64,000 nt of DNA from Gammaproteobacteria bacterium. GTDB lineage: Bacteria; Pseudomonadota; Gammaproteobacteria; RBG-16-57-12. Positions within the stretch are counted from its first letter, which is position 1. Each line of letters starts with the position of its first letter. Shown here one piece after another: positions 1-10,511 of this stretch. The DNA is taken from positions 1,470-65,469 of the forward strand of contig JAKIVC010000011.1 of assembly GCA_021647245.1 (NCBI GenBank), in the 5' to 3' direction. Made by a program: the position numbers and the translations under genes. A model generated the notes under the pieces. It was not told the origin of the DNA, made no database searches, and saw only the letters and a list, made by a program, of their open reading frames with translations.

Positions 1-111
1 GGGCTTATTCAAGCGCTGTTAGGTCATGCTGAGTTGCAAACCACGATGATTTATACGCATGTGTTGAGGCAGGGTGCGCAGGGGGTAGTGAGTCCGCTGG
101 ATATGCTGTAG
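1..111 (+). CDS. 3' end of an integron-type tyrosine recombinase (IntI-like), partial at window start
   Basis: Frame 1 translates to [36 protein letters not shown]. The [22 protein letters not shown]-terminus closely matches IntI1/IntI4 rather than XerC/D. Stop TAG at 109-111. Confidence 0.6.
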   Translation, partial: GLIQALLGHAELQTTMIYTHVLRQGAQGVVSPLDML

Positions 112-351
112 GGCCAGTAGTGCATTAAGCCTATCGCTACCTAAAGGTGGCTCCTACGAGGATTTGCGGCGACCACGCTGTTATTAGCCCGCTTGATCGA
201 ATTTATAAAAAAGGGGGCGAATTCAATATTGGGCTTTTGCCTTTACAGTCGGCTGAAGAAAGTTTTTATCGTCTCCCCTGCTCATTAGCATGACCAAGCG
301 CCTGCGCTCTTTACACAGTGTCATGAAATCCCTCGGTTTAGGGTGCGCCCT

Positions 352-1608
352 TTACGCTTTTATCTCTTCCACCCGCTTCATCACGTTATCCAGTGCCCCG
401 CGATTTTGTGCCACCAGCCTCTTGCCCTGCTCTCCCATGGTGTGGCTAAGTGATGGATCGTTAAACAGTTGCCGTAACTCTTTTGCCAGGTGGCGGCTGT
501 TCTCTACTTCTAGGGAGGCTTTTGCTTGTAGCAGCAGGCGGTGAATCTCTGCAAAGTTAAACATGTGGGGGCCAGTGAGCACTGGGATGCCCAATAAGGC
601 GGGCTCTAGCAGGTTATGCCCTCCTGCGGCCACTAGGCTGCCGCCGACAAAGGCGATGTCTGATGCGGCGAAAAAGAGCATCAACTCGCCCATGCTGTCA
701 CCAAGAAAGATTGTCGTTTCGCTTTGGCAGTTGTGTTGTTCACTGCGGCGAACCAAGGTAAAGCCACGTGCCTGACACAGCTTCGCAACTTCATCAAAGC
801 GCTCTGGGTGACGCGGCACCAAGATTAACAGTGTTTCTGGCAGGTGCTGTTGTAGCGTTTCAAACGCATCCAACAGTTGCTCATCTTCCCCTTTGTGGGT
901 GCTTGCGGCGATCCAGACTTTGCGATTAACACCCCATTGGCTACGCAAGGTACGGGCACGTACTTCAAGGTCGGCGGGGGGGGTGAGGTCAAATTTCAAG
1001 CTACCGGTTATATGGGTTTTTGCGGGGTCTGACCCCAGCTTAATCAAGCGCTCCGCATCAATTTTTCCTTGCGCGGCAATCGAGCTGAATTTATTGAGTG
1101 TCGAGCGTGTGAGTGCGCTAAAACGGGCATAGCCTCGGGCTGATCGTTCTGACATACGGGCATTGACCAATAGGCTGGGGATCTTCCGCTGATGGCAGTA
1201 GTGCAGCATATTGGGCCAGATTTCGGTCTCCATGATAATCAGCATCGATGGCTGGATGCGGTTGAGAAAGCGTTTGATGCAGCCGGGTGTGTCGTAGGGC
1301 ACATATCGGTGCTGTATGTTGCCTTTGATGTCGGCCACCCGCTCGGCTCCGGTCGGGGTCATGGTGGTCACCACCAGCGTGTGTTCGGGGTATTGCTTTT
1401 GTAGGCGCGTGATCAATGGTTTTGCCGCTTGCACTTCGCCCACGGAGACCGCATGCAGCCATATTACCGGTGCTTTTATACGCTCGCCAAAACCGAAGCG
1501 TTCGCTCAACCGCTCTCGATAAGCGGGCGATTTTCGCGCGCGCAGATAGAGGCGCAGCAAGATGAGAGGCAGTAGCAGTGTAAAAATAAAGGAGTAGAGA
1601 GGTCGCAT
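352..1608 (-). CDS. waaA: 3-deoxy-D-manno-octulosonic acid (Kdo) transferase
   Basis: 418 aa; N-terminal TM segment then ...RLSERFGF...WLHAVSVGE... typical of KdtA/WaaA (GT30); sits in the LPS core cluster. Confidence 0.9.
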   Translation of the reverse strand: MRPLYSFIFTLLLPLILLRLYLRARKSPAYRERLSERFGFGERIKAPVIWLHAVSVGEVQAAKPLITRLQKQYPEHTLVVTTMTPTGAERVADIKGNIQHRYVPYDTPGCIKRFLNRIQPSMLIIMETEIWPNMLHYCHQRKIPSLLVNARMSERSARGYARFSALTRSTLNKFSSIAAQGKIDAERLIKLGSDPAKTHITGSLKFDLTPPADLEVRARTLRSQWGVNRKVWIAASTHKGEDEQLLDAFETLQQHLPETLLILVPRHPERFDEVAKLCQARGFTLVRRSEQHNCQSETTIFLGDSMGELMLFFAASDIAFVGGSLVAAGGHNLLEPALLGIPVLTGPHMFNFAEIHRLLLQAKASLEVENSRHLAKELRQLFNDPSLSHTMGEQGKRLVAQNRGALDNVMKRVEEIKA

Positions 1609-1616
1609 CTGGTTTG

Positions 1617-3074
1617 TTATTTGTCTTCAGTCGGTTGCTGGCGAATCCGCTCTACAATGGCGCTGGTTGAACACCCTTCTGCAAAGTGCAGCACCTGCAC
1701 TTTACCACCGCTGGCCTGAACGCACTGATGTCCGGCGATCTGTTCGATCTGATAGTCGCCGCCCTTTATGAGTACATCGGGTAAAATTTTGCAGATGAGA
1801 CGTTGCGGGGTCTCTTCTGAAAACGGCACTACCCAATCGACACTGCGCAGGGCGGCCAGTACGGTCATCCGTTGTGCCAGTGGCACAATGGGGCGTTGCT
1901 CACCCTTGAGCCGCGCAACGGAGGCATCATCATTCACTGCCACGATCAGTCGGTCGCCCTGCTGCCTGGCTTTTTCAAGGTACTCTACATGGCCTGCATG
2001 TAGCAGATCAAAACAGCCGTTTGTCATCACGATGCGCTCACCCAGTTCTTTAGCGCGCTGCACGACAGATTGCAGCTCGGCTTCGTTCTGCACACCGGTT
2101 TTGATGCTGTTTTCAACCGGTTCACCTGCCCGAATGGCCGTACCCAGCTCTTTTACTGAGACGGTGGCGGTGCCCAGTTTGCCCACTACGATTCCTGCCG
2201 CCAGATTAGCTAATGCGGTGGCCTCGGCCAATGACTGCCCAGCAGCCAGTGCGGCAGCCAGAGTGGAGATCACGGTATCGCCTGCACCGGTTACGTCATA
2301 GACCTCTCGCGCCAGGGTAGGCAGGTGGAGTGGTGGGTGCCCTTTTTGTAGTAGCGTCATCCCTTTTTCACTGCGGGTGATGAGCAGCGCTTCCAGCTGT
2401 AACGCTTCACGCAGTGCATCGCCTTTGCTCACCACTGCGGCATCATTTTCACAGTGACCAACCACCGCTTCAAATTCGGAGAAGTTGGGTGTTAGCAGGG
2501 TTGCGCCGCTGTATTTCTGCATCGTAGCGCCTTTGGGGTCAATCAGTACCGGCTTACCGGCTGCTCGTGCCGCTTGAATCATCAGCTGAACTTGGTCCAA
2601 CGTCCCTTTGGCATAGTCTGAAAGTACTACTGCATTACAGCCACTCAAACCCTGGGTAAAGCGAGCCAGTAGCGCCGCATTGGCAAACCGGTGCAGCGGT
2701 GCTTCAAAGTCGAGCCGCAGCAGCTGTTGATGTCGACTGAGCACCCGCAATTTGGTGATGGTCTGGATTTTTTCCGAGCGTTCGAAGCGGCAAACCACCC
2801 CCGCCTGTTCAAGCTGTTGTGACATGATGCGACCCGATTCATCGTCACCCGCTAAGCCATCCAACGCGACACCCGCGCCCAGCGCAGCAATGTTGATCGC
2901 TACATTTCCTGCGCCACCGGCTCGGGCATCTAGCTCACTACGCTTGATATTCACCACCGGCACCGGTGCTTCGGGGGAGATACGGGAGGTCGCCCCTTGC
3001 CAGTAGCGGTCTAGCATGAGGTCACCCGCCACCAGAATCTGTGCTTTTTTAAAATCAGGAATAGAGAGGCTCAT
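1617..3074 (-). CDS. hldE: bifunctional D-beta-D-heptose 7-phosphate kinase / D-beta-D-heptose 1-phosphate adenylyltransferase
   Basis: 485 aa; N-terminal ribokinase-like domain plus C-terminal cytidylyltransferase domain ([18 protein letters not shown]). 4-nt overlap with downstream waaA-side neighbour and with gmhA. Confidence 0.92.
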   Translation of the reverse strand: MSLSIPDFKKAQILVAGDLMLDRYWQGATSRISPEAPVPVVNIKRSELDARAGGAGNVAINIAALGAGVALDGLAGDDESGRIMSQQLEQAGVVCRFERSEKIQTITKLRVLSRHQQLLRLDFEAPLHRFANAALLARFTQGLSGCNAVVLSDYAKGTLDQVQLMIQAARAAGKPVLIDPKGATMQKYSGATLLTPNFSEFEAVVGHCENDAAVVSKGDALREALQLEALLITRSEKGMTLLQKGHPPLHLPTLAREVYDVTGAGDTVISTLAAALAAGQSLAEATALANLAAGIVVGKLGTATVSVKELGTAIRAGEPVENSIKTGVQNEAELQSVVQRAKELGERIVMTNGCFDLLHAGHVEYLEKARQQGDRLIVAVNDDASVARLKGEQRPIVPLAQRMTVLAALRSVDWVVPFSEETPQRLICKILPDVLIKGGDYQIEQIAGHQCVQASGGKVQVLHFAEGCSTSAIVERIRQQPTEDK

Positions 3075-3625
3075 ACTTCAATCGACTCGCAAAGCAGATG
3101 TAATATAAGGATATGCATCTCTTGAATGCGTGCGGTGCGCTCAATCGGCACCGTGATCGCGTAATCAACCAGAGGAGCCAGCGCACCGCCGGTTTTACCC
3201 AGTAGGCCGATGGTTTTAATCTGGTTTGCGTTGGCATACTCCACCGCTTTGACCACATTGGCTGAGTTGCCCGAGGTGCTGATCGCCAGTAAAATATCAC
3301 CTGGGTGACTCAAGGCGGCAAGCTGGCGCTCAAATACCGCATCAAAACCGTAGTCATTGCCAATGGAGGTGAGCGCACAACTGTCTGTGGTCAGTGCTAC
3401 GGCAGGATAACCCCGGCGCTCTATCTCAAATCGCCCGGTCAACTCCGCCGCAAAGTGTTGAATATCTGAAGCAGAACCCCCGTTACCACAACCGTAAATG
3501 GTATGCCCGTTCGCCAATCGCTGGCGCATTAACTGGCTCACCTCATGCAAAATGGGGTAGAGTTTTTCTACGCAGCTCAGGGCGGCGCGGTGCTCTTCCA
3601 GACTCGTTTTAAAATCAAAAGCCAT
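3071..3625 (-). CDS. gmhA: phosphoheptose isomerase (SIS domain)
   Basis: 184 aa; CGNGGSA...ISTSGNS SIS motifs; operon with hldE. Confidence 0.88.
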   Translation of the reverse strand: MAFDFKTSLEEHRAALSCVEKLYPILHEVSQLMRQRLANGHTIYGCGNGGSASDIQHFAAELTGRFEIERRGYPAVALTTDSCALTSIGNDYGFDAVFERQLAALSHPGDILLAISTSGNSANVVKAVEYANANQIKTIGLLGKTGGALAPLVDYAITVPIERTARIQEMHILILHLLCESIEV

Positions 3626-3842
3626 CTATTGTTCCCACTGACCCCTCACCCCCGGATAGCCACACGCACACTGCACAAACGATTGATTTAATAGCAAAAC
3701 CAACATCTTACATGTCGACTCGTGTTTCTACCCAGGAATAAGGACTTATATTTTAAGTTATGTACTGATAATCGGGGTGTTATACTAGCACAGTCGTGCC
3801 CGCTCTCTGAGCGAGTTTACATGCTGAGTTTAAATCACCAAG

Positions 3843-4778
3843 ATGCAGAAAAACAGACCTTCAGAGAGATTACCCATCCACCCCAAATATTGGCCCATCT
3901 GGCTGGGTTTGGCGCTGTTACGCCTGCTCAACACACTACCGTTCCGCGTACAGCTGATGCTGGGCAAACAGCTGGGCAATCTGCTCTTCCATGTGGCCAA
4001 AACTCGCCGCCGTGTGGCAGCCACCAACATCAAGCTCTGTTTTCCCGAACTCTCTGATGCAGCAAGGGCCTCCATACTGCGCAAACACTTCCACTCAATG
4101 GGTATTATGCTGTTTGAGTTGGGTTTGAGCTGGTGGGGGGGTGATAAACGCCTGGCTGCATTAACCGAAATTGAAGGGTTGGAGTATCTGGAGAGCGCGA
4201 TAGCGGGTGGAAATGGCGCACTGTTGTTAGGTGCTCACTACACCACGCTCGATATCAGCGGCCACCTGCTCGCCACTCAAACCGATCTCTCCATACGCAG
4301 CATGTATCGCCCCCACGAGAATCCGGTGATCGAATATGTAATGAGAAATGGCCGCGAGAGTTATCTGGAGAGCCTGATCCCCCGTGATGATATTCGTGGG
4401 CTGATCCGCAGCCTCAAACAGAACAAAGCCGTCTGGTATGCGCCGGATCAACACTACGAAGGAAAAGGGTCGGCACTGGTACCCTTCTTCGGCATCCCCA
4501 CCCCCACCAATACCGGTACTTCCCGGATTGCCAAAATGAGCAAGACAGCGGTGATCCCTTTTGTTTCAGTACGCAAAGAGGATGGCAGTGGCTATGCGCT
4601 TAAACTACTGCCACCGCTGGATAATTTCCCAACGGATGATGAGGTGGCGGATGCGGCCCGCATACACCAGCTATTTGAAACGCAGATTCGCAACAACAAG
4701 GCGCAATATTTTTGGGTACATAAGCGCTTCAAACGTAAGCGTATAGCGGGGGAAGATCCCTACCAAAAGTCACCCTGA
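3843..4778 (+). CDS. lpxL: lipid A biosynthesis lauroyl/myristoyl acyltransferase (LpxL/HtrB family)
   Basis: 311 aa; HPKYWPIWLGLALL N-terminus, VWYAPDQHY, and C-terminal ...QYFWVHKRFK match the LpxL/LpxM family. Confidence 0.82.
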   Translation: MQKNRPSERLPIHPKYWPIWLGLALLRLLNTLPFRVQLMLGKQLGNLLFHVAKTRRRVAATNIKLCFPELSDAARASILRKHFHSMGIMLFELGLSWWGGDKRLAALTEIEGLEYLESAIAGGNGALLLGAHYTTLDISGHLLATQTDLSIRSMYRPHENPVIEYVMRNGRESYLESLIPRDDIRGLIRSLKQNKAVWYAPDQHYEGKGSALVPFFGIPTPTNTGTSRIAKMSKTAVIPFVSVRKEDGSGYALKLLPPLDNFPTDDEVADAARIHQLFETQIRNNKAQYFWVHKRFKRKRIAGEDPYQKSP

Positions 4779-4780
4779 TA

Positions 4781-5872
4781 TTAAGCTCTCACCAGTGATT
4801 GATAAACCTTAAAATTCCCCTCGACCATCGCCTCAATTGAGAACTCCGCCTTAACAATTTGCTTACCTTTTTCGCCCCATGCACGGGCCTGCGGCTCATC
4901 GGCTAATAATTTAAGCAGTGCGCTGCGCAACTCTGCAACATCTTGCGGAGCGACTAAAATGCCATTTTCACCATCGCGTACAATTTCGGGAATCCCCCCG
5001 GCGCGGGTCCCTATCAAGGGTACTCCTGCGGCGGCGGCTTGAAGCAGTGAGACACCCAGCCCCTCCATATCAGCTGGGTGAACCACCGCATACAGGTTGG
5101 GCATCACCCGGTGCAGGTCATCACGAAAACCGATCAACCGCACGTGATCACTTAGCCCCTGCTGCTTTATTTGCTGTGTCAGCTCATCGGCCAAAGGACC
5201 CTTACCAAACAGTAACACCTGAATATCGGGATGTTTTTCAATCACCTCTGGCAGTGCTGCAAACAGGTGGCGGTGCCCCTTGCGGTGAATAAGCTGAGCA
5301 ACGACAGCCAACACCCGGCTGTTATGTGGCAGCGCCAATGCCTCTATAAACCACTCACGCTCTGCGGGTTGGTCAAATCGTTCCACATCCACTGCGCTGT
5401 GGACACACAGCACCTTGTCGGCGGGCACGCCTTCACTAATAAGAACCTCGCGAATACCATATGAAATGGTAATCACCTGGTCGTAAAGTGCGTATTTAAG
5501 CCGTGCAATCAGCGGCGATTCCGGGTTATCAACCCGACGTGAACAGATGCTCTTCACTCCCGCCCATCTAGCCGCCAGACCGCCCAGCACATCGGCTCCA
5601 CGGCGACTGTGCAGATGCACCAGGTCGGCCTTTTCTTCCTTAAGCACCCACTTGAGTCGCCGGATAAAACCAAGATCAAGATCACCTTTCATGGGCATCT
5701 CATACACCTTATCCACCACACCCCGCGCTGCCTCGGCAATCGCACTCCCTTTAGGGCAGACCAAGATAGAGCGCACCGGTTTATTGGCCAATCCTCGCAG
5801 CAGATAGTAAACCTGTAGTGCGCCACCATAGAGGTGCATACCCGCCTCAACATGTACAACCGTCATGGTCAC
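4781..5872 (-). CDS. glycosyltransferase family 4 (LPS core glycosyltransferase, WaaG-like)
   Basis: 363 aa; GT4 C-terminal motif EGLGVSLLQAAAAGVPLIGTRAGGIPEIV..GENG; convergent with lpxL, 4-nt overlap with heptosyltransferase gene. Confidence 0.8.
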   Translation of the reverse strand: MTMTVVHVEAGMHLYGGALQVYYLLRGLANKPVRSILVCPKGSAIAEAARGVVDKVYEMPMKGDLDLGFIRRLKWVLKEEKADLVHLHSRRGADVLGGLAARWAGVKSICSRRVDNPESPLIARLKYALYDQVITISYGIREVLISEGVPADKVLCVHSAVDVERFDQPAEREWFIEALALPHNSRVLAVVAQLIHRKGHRHLFAALPEVIEKHPDIQVLLFGKGPLADELTQQIKQQGLSDHVRLIGFRDDLHRVMPNLYAVVHPADMEGLGVSLLQAAAAGVPLIGTRAGGIPEIVRDGENGILVAPQDVAELRSALLKLLADEPQARAWGEKGKQIVKAEFSIEAMVEGNFKVYQSLVRA

Positions 5873-6894
5873 GGGGTTACCTCTCGGATATTTTTCATAA
5901 TCGTATCAACGGTAATTTTTTTCATGCAGCTGAAATCTCCGTCACAAACCGGGTTACGGCGACAAGGGGAGCACTCCATTTTACGGTAAAGCACCCGGGC
6001 ATTCTCACGGCGGGTATCGGTGTAGGGACAGGTGGATCCAAACAGTGCCAGTGTCGGAACATTAAAGGCGATACCCATATGGGTCAGGCCGGTATCAACC
6101 CCCACCAGCAACGCACTCTGTTTAATGATTGCCGCGGTCTGTGTCAGTGATGACTTACCCACTAGGCTGATTATTTTATCATTGGCCGCTTGAATAGGCG
6201 CTGCCGCCACCACATCACCCGGCCCGCCCAGCATAATTACCGGCACCCCTCGCTGCGCCATTATCTGCTGTGCCAACTCGGGCCAGCGTGAGGCCACCCA
6301 GTGCTTTTGTGGGCGAGTGGTAAAAGGGCAGATTACGGCATATTCGCCCTTGCCACGAAACTCTGCGGCATAGGCTTCATCCTCGTCACTGAGAGCGATA
6401 TCCATGGAAAAATCACCCACATCCAGCTTCATCTCCAGTGCAAGATGATAATATTCGGAGCCGATGCGAGGGTCATTCCCTTGGCGGGAAATCACTTGAG
6501 TCATAAAGCGAGCACTCGCCTCCTTGGAACCCAGACCAATACGCACCGGTGCGCCCGACCAGAGTGCCCAGATGCCACTTTTAAGCAACCCTTGCAGATC
6601 AATCGCCAGGTCAAAATTTTTCGCCTTAAGGCGTTTACGCAGCAGCCCCAACGCCCTGAGCAGGGTGAGATATTTACGCTGCTTCCACAGCTGCTTCCAC
6701 TCACTCTTTGGCCAGATCACCAGCTCATCAATATCCGGGTTATTTTTCAATAGCGGTGCCGCCGCAGGCTCCACCAGCCAGCTGATATTGGCATCGGGAT
6801 AACGGCGGCGCAGCGCCTTAATCAGGGGCGATGAGAAGACCACATCACCAATGGCGCTAAGACGAATAATCAAGATATTTTGGGGTTGGGTCAT
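5869..6894 (-). CDS. ADP-heptose:LPS heptosyltransferase (GT9, WaaC/WaaF family)
   Basis: 341 aa; ILIIRLSAIGDVVFSSPLIKAL N-terminus and ...GVDTGLTHMGIAFNVPTLALFG match GT9 heptosyltransferases; Cys-rich C-terminal tail (CSPCRRNPVCDGDFSC). Confidence 0.85.
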   Translation of the reverse strand: MTQPQNILIIRLSAIGDVVFSSPLIKALRRRYPDANISWLVEPAAAPLLKNNPDIDELVIWPKSEWKQLWKQRKYLTLLRALGLLRKRLKAKNFDLAIDLQGLLKSGIWALWSGAPVRIGLGSKEASARFMTQVISRQGNDPRIGSEYYHLALEMKLDVGDFSMDIALSDEDEAYAAEFRGKGEYAVICPFTTRPQKHWVASRWPELAQQIMAQRGVPVIMLGGPGDVVAAAPIQAANDKIISLVGKSSLTQTAAIIKQSALLVGVDTGLTHMGIAFNVPTLALFGSTCPYTDTRRENARVLYRKMECSPCRRNPVCDGDFSCMKKITVDTIMKNIREVTP

Positions 6895-7047
6895 GGTCTG
6901 CTTATCTCAGCCAACAGCCGCCAGCTAGCGGAAGTGAAAAAAGTTATGCGATTGTATCAGGCAAAAGGTGGGGAGAGTAATCGATATGATACCCCAACCC
7001 CAAATAACGACTCAGCCCCAATCCTCAGGTAGAAAGACGTCCGGGCG

Positions 7048-8871
7048 TTAGGGCTCAGCTAAAAACCGCAACGGATCGATCAGCGTAGGTGGCCGCACCC
7101 CACTCCCTTCAATAAACAGTTTGTGCCAGATAGAAAACTGCAACAGCGCATAAATATTTTTAGTCACATCACCCTTCTGTTGCTGGCGTTTCAATAACTT
7201 CTCAACGCCACGCCGCTGCATCCACTCGGCAATGGCCGGGCTTTCGAGTAACGCCATGCCAACCTTACCTAAATAATCACTTGCCAACCAGTCGCCCACT
7301 GGCACACTAAACCCTCGTTTCTTTTGCCAGAAATGCTCACTGGGAAGGTGGCGGCTCGCCCATTTTTTCAGAAACATCTTACCCTGTTTGCCCTCTATTT
7401 TCAGGCCATCCGGCAGTGACAATCCAAACTCGATCACACGATGATCAACAAATGGCAGCCGCCCCTCCAAACCCCAGCTCATTAACATACGATCCGCTTT
7501 AACCAACAGATTATCGGGCAGTGCAGTGGTAATATCCACATATTGACGACGCTGCAAATCACTCCACTCAGTCGGTGCCTCCTGCCAGGCGGTAATAATG
7601 GGGGCACGCCACTGATCAGCTCGTTGTAGCAGTTTTTCTGAGAAGAGTTGTTTTGGCAAACCACCGCGGAAATTACCCCCGGTACGGAAGCCGCCCGAAC
7701 CGGGGTAGAGCCTGTTTTTCAACAGGCTCTCTAACTTCCCTGGACGATAGCGACCATAGCCTGCAAAGGCTTCATCTCCCCCTTCACCCGAGAAAACCAC
7801 TTTCAAATCCTGTGCGGCCTCTTCAGCCAGTAGCGAGGTGGGGAGATTGGCAAAATCACGCATCAGATCATCTGCCGCCCAGGTACTGTAAACCAGACGC
7901 TGCAACATCGACTCAGCCGTCGGACGGATAATGGTGTGTTGGCTATTGAAGTGTTTAGCAATGCTCTCTGCCGTAGAGAGTTCATCGCCGACACTGGAGT
8001 TGCAAAAGCCCAGCGAGAAGGTTCGAATGGGTTCAGCTTTGTAACGACTTAGCAGTGCTAATAGGGTTGTTGAGTCCACCCCGCCTGATAGGAACAGTCC
8101 AAACGGCACATCCGCACGCATATGCTGCGTCATCACTGTTTCCATCAGTGAATCAAATTCAGACTCTGCCTCAGCATAGCTGATGTCACGCGGCTCGACA
8201 CCCAGCGCCGACCAGTAACGCAGGCGGTCAACTACCCGCCCCTGCTCTACCGTCACACACTCACCGGGCAACAGCTGCTCAATACCCGAGAATAGCGTCT
8301 CCCGACCACTGGCGTTCTGATTTTGTAGAAACTGGATTAATGCCGAGGGATTTATTGACGGCTTTTCAGCCAGTGCCGGTAACAGAGCCTTAATCTCTGA
8401 AGCGAAGCAAACCCCTTCCGAGGTCTCTGCTATAAACAGCGGTTTCATACCAAGGCGATCACGCGCTAAAATCAAACGCTGCTTTTTACGATCAAACAGT
8501 GCAAAGGCAAACATGCCACCAATATGCTCAAGAAAAGTATCACCGTATACCGCATAGGCGTGCAGAATGGTTTCACAGTCAGAGTGGGTTTGAAATTGAC
8601 GGCCTTGATCTTCAAGCTCTTTGCGCAACTCAAGGTGATTATAGATCTCACCATTGGCCACCAAAATCAGGCCATACTGCTCATCAATAAAGGGTTGATC
8701 ACCACCCGCGAGGTCGATAATTGAGAGACGGGTGTGAGCTAGACCCAAAGAGCCGTCACAGTAAACATCTTGGTGGTCTGGGCCTCGATGAGCCAAAGAT
8801 GAAATAGCGGCCTGCAATCGTTCGCCATCAACGGGAAGAACCGCGTTATACAAGCCCATAATTCCGCACAT
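7048..8871 (-). CDS. asparagine synthetase (glutamine-hydrolysing) family amidotransferase in glycan cluster
   Basis: N-terminal MCGIMGLY (class II amidotransferase Cys nucleophile), SGGVDS PP-loop motif; start taken at the MCGI Met (track ORF begins 4 codons upstream). Confidence 0.85.
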   Translation of the reverse strand: MCGIMGLYNAVLPVDGERLQAAISSLAHRGPDHQDVYCDGSLGLAHTRLSIIDLAGGDQPFIDEQYGLILVANGEIYNHLELRKELEDQGRQFQTHSDCETILHAYAVYGDTFLEHIGGMFAFALFDRKKQRLILARDRLGMKPLFIAETSEGVCFASEIKALLPALAEKPSINPSALIQFLQNQNASGRETLFSGIEQLLPGECVTVEQGRVVDRLRYWSALGVEPRDISYAEAESEFDSLMETVMTQHMRADVPFGLFLSGGVDSTTLLALLSRYKAEPIRTFSLGFCNSSVGDELSTAESIAKHFNSQHTIIRPTAESMLQRLVYSTWAADDLMRDFANLPTSLLAEEAAQDLKVVFSGEGGDEAFAGYGRYRPGKLESLLKNRLYPGSGGFRTGGNFRGGLPKQLFSEKLLQRADQWRAPIITAWQEAPTEWSDLQRRQYVDITTALPDNLLVKADRMLMSWGLEGRLPFVDHRVIEFGLSLPDGLKIEGKQGKMFLKKWASRHLPSEHFWQKKRGFSVPVGDWLASDYLGKVGMALLESPAIAEWMQRRGVEKLLKRQQQKGDVTKNIYALLQFSIWHKLFIEGSGVRPPTLIDPLRFLAEP

Positions 8872-9349
8872 ATTGTCTAACATCCAACAGTAAGATTAAA
8901 TTTCAGATCCCAGTATACGTTAAATCAACGCCATTAACCGCCCAGCTAACATTCGATGTTTGTCAAGATAGTTGTCCAGCACTATGCTGATTCTCCTCTA
9001 ATTCCAGGCCCTTTTTTACCCTAATCTTTTGGATTCAACCACACTTCACCTGCATCAAGGTTGCTATTTAATGTATACTAAAAATCAATAATTAATTGTC
9101 CAGTCGATACTCCTCCCTGACCATGCGTGTAGCTGGATGATACTGTTAGAGGCCTTTGCAGCAGAAGGGTGTGCGAAAAAAATAGATAAAACTTAACTGA
9201 TTGAGGCGAAAAGCGCAGGGAGTAGCGAGCTACTCACAATATTTTCAACGAAAATCAGGTCTGTTTTAACCTTTTTTTATCCTTGCATCCTCTCGTGCAA
9301 AGGCCTTTGTTAGTGTTAGGTCAATAATTTCCGGATACCACCCTTTTTC

Positions 9350-10462
9350 ATGACAACACATCAAAAGCCCAAAGTGACTATTTTCATCTCTTTTTCTGGT
9401 GAAGGTGGTGTCGAACGAATGATCAGCAACCTGATTCATGAGTTTATTCGCTTGGGGCACCCTGTCGAGCTGCTGCTCATAAAAGCTCGCGGGGAGCATC
9501 TAAAGCACCTGCCGAAAGAGGTTAACATCGTTAAACTTGGCTCTAATCACAGTGCCATGACACTACTACCCTTAGTGCGTTATCTGCAAAAAGAACAACC
9601 AAAATGTATATTGGTTGCAAAGCATCGTGCCATTGTAATTGCAGTTATCGCTCGCATGCTGGCGGGTGTTAACACTCGAATTGTGGGCCGTTTAGGTACC
9701 AACCTATCTCGAGCTTTAGAAGGAAAAAGCGCGCTAAGAAAATGGCTTTGGCACGCCCCTATGCGTAAAATTTATCCGAAAGTTGATATGATTATTCCTG
9801 TCTCAAAAGGAGTATTGGACGATATAACCTCTATCACAAAACTGAGTTCTGAAAAATTACGGGTAATTTGCAATCCGGTAATCACTCCTGAAACGGATCG
9901 ATTAGCACAACAATCAATCAGCCACCCTTGGTTTTCAAAAGGGCAGCCTCCCGTGATTCTTGCTGCTGGGCGATTCACCCTCCAAAAAGACTTTATCACT
10001 CTCATTAAGGCATTTGCCGAGGTTCGTCAGCAACGTGCCTGCCGCTTAGTACTGCTCGGCCACGGCGCACTTCGAAGTGAATACGAAGCACTTGCGACAA
10101 CACTAGGTGTTGATAAAGAGCTATCCATGCCAGGGTTTTCCAATAACCCATACCCTTACATGAAACAAGCCTCACTATTTGTACTTTCCTCTGCATGGGA
10201 AGGGTCACCCAATGTGCTCTCTGAGGCACTAGCACAAGGCACACCTGTTGTTGCCACCGACTGCCCCAGTGGACCAAGTGAAGTTTTGCAAGGTGGTAAA
10301 ATTGCCCCGCTGATTCCTGTTAGTGATGTAAAAGAGATGGCCAAAGCGATTATTAAAACCCTAGACAATCCGCCGCCAGCCGAGTCACTTCGTGCAGCTG
10401 TACAAGAATATACCGTAAAGATCAGCGCACAACGCTATCTTGAGGCTCTAGGCATTCATTGA
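9350..10462 (+). CDS. glycosyltransferase family 4
   Basis: 370 aa; GT4-like fold motifs (SSAWEGSPNVLSEALAQGTPVVATDCPSGPSEVL); divergent from the asnB-like operon across a 466-nt AT-rich intergenic region. Confidence 0.8.
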   Translation: MTTHQKPKVTIFISFSGEGGVERMISNLIHEFIRLGHPVELLLIKARGEHLKHLPKEVNIVKLGSNHSAMTLLPLVRYLQKEQPKCILVAKHRAIVIAVIARMLAGVNTRIVGRLGTNLSRALEGKSALRKWLWHAPMRKIYPKVDMIIPVSKGVLDDITSITKLSSEKLRVICNPVITPETDRLAQQSISHPWFSKGQPPVILAAGRFTLQKDFITLIKAFAEVRQQRACRLVLLGHGALRSEYEALATTLGVDKELSMPGFSNNPYPYMKQASLFVLSSAWEGSPNVLSEALAQGTPVVATDCPSGPSEVLQGGKIAPLIPVSDVKEMAKAIIKTLDNPPPAESLRAAVQEYTVKISAQRYLEALGIH

Positions 10463-10511
10463 ACAAGTTCGATGTTAAAATAAACCATAAGCTGATTTAA
10501 GTAGGCAACTG

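Noticed and set aside
336-356. TAGGGTGCG 9-mer at the waaA stop (also at about 12663) resembling the REP head GTAGGGTGCG.
   Set aside because: Only the 9-mer is shared. There is no partner GCACCCTAC inverted terminus or internal hairpin, so it is most likely chance or coding constraint rather than a REP copy.
1118-1462. Numerous antisense or overlapping ORFs of 60-216 aa in the six-frame track (e.g. 1118-1462, 1768-2301, 21946-22395, 45254-45904, 50451-50963, 50887-51621, 56588-57208, 62659-63024).
   Set aside because: Each lies entirely inside a longer, well-supported gene on the opposite strand or in another frame. Their products are low-complexity and Arg/Pro/Ser-rich, as expected for shadow ORFs in GC-rich coding DNA. 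None has an SD or promoter context.
9211-9241. ops/JUMPStart-like sequence (GGGAGTAGCGAGC) upstream of the + strand GT4 gene.
   Set aside because: It differs from the ops core GGCGGTAG at two of eight positions. I cannot support it as an RfaH target without the conserved 39-bp JUMPStart context.
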